A stretch of 64,000 nt of DNA, from positions 480,001 through 544,000 of the forward strand of contig CAVYGN010000002.1 of assembly GCA_963768055.1 (NCBI GenBank), read 5' to 3'. The DNA comes from an uncultured Spirochaetota bacterium (GTDB lineage: Bacteria > Spirochaetota > Brevinematia > Brevinematales > JAOACQ01). The position numbers were made by a program, and so were the translations under genes. Shown here one piece after another: positions 61,424 through 64,000 of the stretch. Position 1 is the stretch's first letter. The number at the start of each line of letters is the position of its first letter. The notes beneath the pieces were generated by a model. That model had not been told where the DNA came from, made no database searches, and worked only from the letters and a program-made list of their open reading frames with translations.

Positions 61424-61466
61424 TTTACCCGAAATTAACCGGCTCTTAACAAATTCTGATTATAAT
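61424..61466 (+). promoter_or_regulatory. Second Pho box array plus -10 element
   Basis: TTTACC (61424), TTAACC (61435), TTAACA (61446) at 11-bp period; TATAAT at 61461. Confidence 0.72.
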
Positions 61467-61515
61467 AACTTCTGTGATTTTATGATGTAAAACCTTGAGT
61501 ATAAGGGGGTGATTT

Positions 61516-62052
61516 GTGAAAATTGCTTTAATAAGGCACTCAAAAGCCGTTGAAAAGGAATTTTGGGAAAAAGACAATTCCCTTCGCCCTTTAAGCAAGG
61601 TTGGGAAATTCAGGGCCAATCGTTTCGCAAAACATCTTTTAAAATTATATAAGCACAATATTGATTTTTTAATCACCTCAGACTTCGTTAAAAATGTCGA
61701 AACGGCAGAGTTTATTAAAAAGGAGCTTAAACCCCGAAACTATATTGTTGACAGCGACCTGAATCCCGGATTTGACTTTTGTAAATTACAGAAGCTAATA
61801 AACAAACTTCCGGCCGGTACCGACATGATTTTTCTGGTCGGGCATAATCCTGACCTTTCAAATATAATTTACGAAATGGTCAGGGATAAAAAGAGGGTAC
61901 CCTATCTGAAAAAGCCTTCGCTGTTTGAAATCGATATAGATGAATATCCCTATGGCAAGATAGGCTTGACATATAACCTGGATGACGGGGAAGAATTTCC
62001 GTTTAAAAAACATGAACCCTATTTCGAAGAAGTGGGAGAGATCCCTTTATAG
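61516..62052 (+). CDS. SixA-like histidine phosphatase
   Basis: LIRHSKA, RPLS..G, ETA, LVGHNPDL. Confidence 0.8.
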   Translation: MKIALIRHSKAVEKEFWEKDNSLRPLSKVGKFRANRFAKHLLKLYKHNIDFLITSDFVKNVETAEFIKKELKPRNYIVDSDLNPGFDFCKLQKLINKLPAGTDMIFLVGHNPDLSNIIYEMVRDKKRVPYLKKPSLFEIDIDEYPYGKIGLTYNLDDGEEFPFKKHEPYFEEVGEIPL

Positions 62053-63260
62053 CTTAATATTACAATGGTAATATCGTCGTTTTGAGGCTGTGAAGCCCTG
62101 AATGAAGTAATTTCTTCCAGTATTTTATCCTTGAGCTTGCCGATTTCGGCGGATTTATTATTTTTAATCACCTTGTAAAGGCGTTTTTCTCCAAATTCCT
62201 CTCCTTTCGGATTTATCTGCTCGACTACGCCGTCGGTAATCATAATAAAAAGATCATCCGGAAGAATATTGAAGATGTCGCATTTTGGAAGGATATCTTC
62301 CTGGATCCCGAGCGGCATGTTCCCGCTCGAAGCCCTTAGCCTGTAAAGCCTATCCGATTTGAAAAGGTATATATATGAATGGCCCATGTCGAAAATCCTC
62401 AGGGAACCGTTTGTATCGTTGAAATCGATAAAAGCAGCTGTTACAAATTCAAAGGTATTGCAGATATAATAATTTAATTTGGATATGAAGCCTTCAGGGC
62501 CGTTTTTAAAATCATAAATATTGAGCATACCCGATATACTGGTCGATACAAGCGAAGCCGCCAGCCCTTTTCCGCATACATCGCAGATTGTTATAAACCA
62601 TTTACTTTTTTCAAAGTTTGTTATGCTGTAATAATCCCCGCCGATACCCTTAGCCATATATGAAGCACAGCTCATTTTGAAATGTTCTTTATCAATGGAA
62701 AAATCCCTTTTTACTATCTTGCTCTGGAGATCCCTCGCCAGCTGCATGTCCCGCTGCGTTATCATGGATAAATACATCATCATATCGATCGAAGTGAATA
62801 TTCCCGCGAATTTGTTCCCCTCCCTGCTTACAGCAAAACTTTCCGAAAAAGTACTGCTGAGAGTATCCTGTATCTCCTCAGCCACAGATAGTATATTCCT
62901 GTCAAAACCGAACATTCGCGGTAATGTTTTGAATTTGTCCACTGTTTTATGTTTCAAAATATCCTGCCCGTAAGGTTTGCCGAGGATATTGAACAGTTCT
63001 TTTCTTATTACTATCCCTTTTATATTTTCCTTGCCGTCAACAACCCCTACCGCCTGAATCTCTATATTTTTATCCAGGTCGAAAGCAAGATCTATGACTT
63101 TTTCATCATCATTTACATAATAAAGGCTTGAAATTATTTTTCCAATGTTTTCCCTCTGGGCCTGAGGGTTCCGGATTTTCTTTAAGACCCTGTAGCCGGT
63201 GTTTTCGATGTCTGATGCCTGGTCAGTTCTCTTTTTTTCCAGAAAATTTTCTGTTTCCAC
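62019..63260 (-). CDS. CBS-pair plus SpoIIE/PP2C-family phosphatase
   Basis: N-terminal CBS-like domains; LARDLQ, IGGDYY, DVCGKG, TDGVVE, DDIT. Confidence 0.88.
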   Translation of the reverse strand: METENFLEKKRTDQASDIENTGYRVLKKIRNPQAQRENIGKIISSLYYVNDDEKVIDLAFDLDKNIEIQAVGVVDGKENIKGIVIRKELFNILGKPYGQDILKHKTVDKFKTLPRMFGFDRNILSVAEEIQDTLSSTFSESFAVSREGNKFAGIFTSIDMMMYLSMITQRDMQLARDLQSKIVKRDFSIDKEHFKMSCASYMAKGIGGDYYSITNFEKSKWFITICDVCGKGLAASLVSTSISGMLNIYDFKNGPEGFISKLNYYICNTFEFVTAAFIDFNDTNGSLRIFDMGHSYIYLFKSDRLYRLRASSGNMPLGIQEDILPKCDIFNILPDDLFIMITDGVVEQINPKGEEFGEKRLYKVIKNNKSAEIGKLKDKILEEITSFRASQPQNDDITIVILSYKGISPTSSK

Positions 63261-63271
63261 AAAAGTTCCTT

Positions 63272-64000
63272 TTATAATCCCGTCTGTATGAATACTTCGC
63301 TTGTTTTCCTGCCTTTTCTCACATGCTGAGGCTTATTTTCAGCTTCAGGTTTTACATCGTACATATCACTTATAAGATTGTCCCAGTTATGATTTTCAAG
63401 CATTCTCATCCATGACGCCAGGCACATTTCCCCATAACGCCTAGGTTTGTTTTTCATCAGATCATACATCATTTCTATTTTTTCAACCCAGTCTTTCCTG
63501 TCATTGGAACGGGCGATAAACCCTGTCAGCCCTTCCTGGATTATTTCCTTCGGCCCTCCCTTATCCGAAACAATCGCCGGGAGCCCGCATGCCTGGGCCT
63601 CGAGAACCGCCATTCCGAAGGTGTCGGTCGTGCTGGGAAAAACGAACAGGTCTGCGTCGGAATATATTTCCGGAAGCTCCTCATGGGGGACCTTGCCTGT
63701 AAATAAGACCCTGTCTTCCCCTGAAAGGTTCTTACTCAACTCGTCTAAATAAGGGCCGTCACCTACAAAAATAAGGTTAATATCTTTATTCTTTTTTAAA
63801 ACTTTTTCATATGCCTCAGCAACAATATCAAGATTTTTATCCTTGGATATTCGCCCGGAATAGAGAATGTTGAACCCCTTTTTCAGGGAATGGCGCGTTT
63901 TAAAATAATGGCTTTTCTGAGGCCTGGGCTTAAAGGAGGTGGAATCAAAGCCCCTTCTGAATAAACCGATCTTCTGTTTTAAATAACCCCTTTTTTCAAG
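63272..64000 (-). CDS. GT4-family glycosyltransferase; 5' end lies outside the window
   Basis: Frame open to the window end: YSGRISKDKNL, VGDGPY, FPSTTDTFGMAVLEAQACGLP. Confidence 0.9.
   Translation of the reverse strand, partial: LEKRGYLKQKIGLFRRGFDSTSFKPRPQKSHYFKTRHSLKKGFNILYSGRISKDKNLDIVAEAYEKVLKKNKDINLIFVGDGPYLDELSKNLSGEDRVLFTGKVPHEELPEIYSDADLFVFPSTTDTFGMAVLEAQACGLPAIVSDKGGPKEIIQEGLTGFIARSNDRKDWVEKIEMMYDLMKNKPRRYGEMCLASWMRMLENHNWDNLISDMYDVKPEAENKPQHVRKGRKTSEVFIQTGL

Overview
This 64-kb window is gene-dense bacterial chromosome, most likely Spirochaetota (inferred from the ~900-aa GreA, stand-alone rod-binding FlgJ, JAB-DinG fusion and spirochete-style lipoproteins). Most of it is housekeeping: glyQ, greA, metG, rny, the flagellar export operon fliPQR-flhBAFG, tatACB, dinG, ftsK, eno, lhr, lspA, thrC, lysC, tmk and dxr. 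It also holds a phosphate locus (PhoB-like regulator, putative porin, pstSCAB-phoU) with readable Pho boxes. I saw no rRNA, tRNA, CRISPR array or transposase. The most unusual feature is a cassette present twice (1-3859 and 41876-45744). Each copy has a secreted protein (CsgG/TolB-N-like domain, two PEGA/Ig-like domains, C-terminal ~8-stranded beta-barrel) followed by tandem lipoproteins. The passenger domains differ between loci (beta-helix versus beta-propeller). All four lipoproteins start their mature chain with C-[QE]-L-F-Y-x-P-x3-[ND]-K, and the first five codons are nearly identical DNA. This is a candidate dedicated surface-lipoprotein export or anchoring system, and one copy lies next to a 7TM-PAS-AraC one-component regulator. 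All functional calls come from motif recognition by eye; no searches were run.
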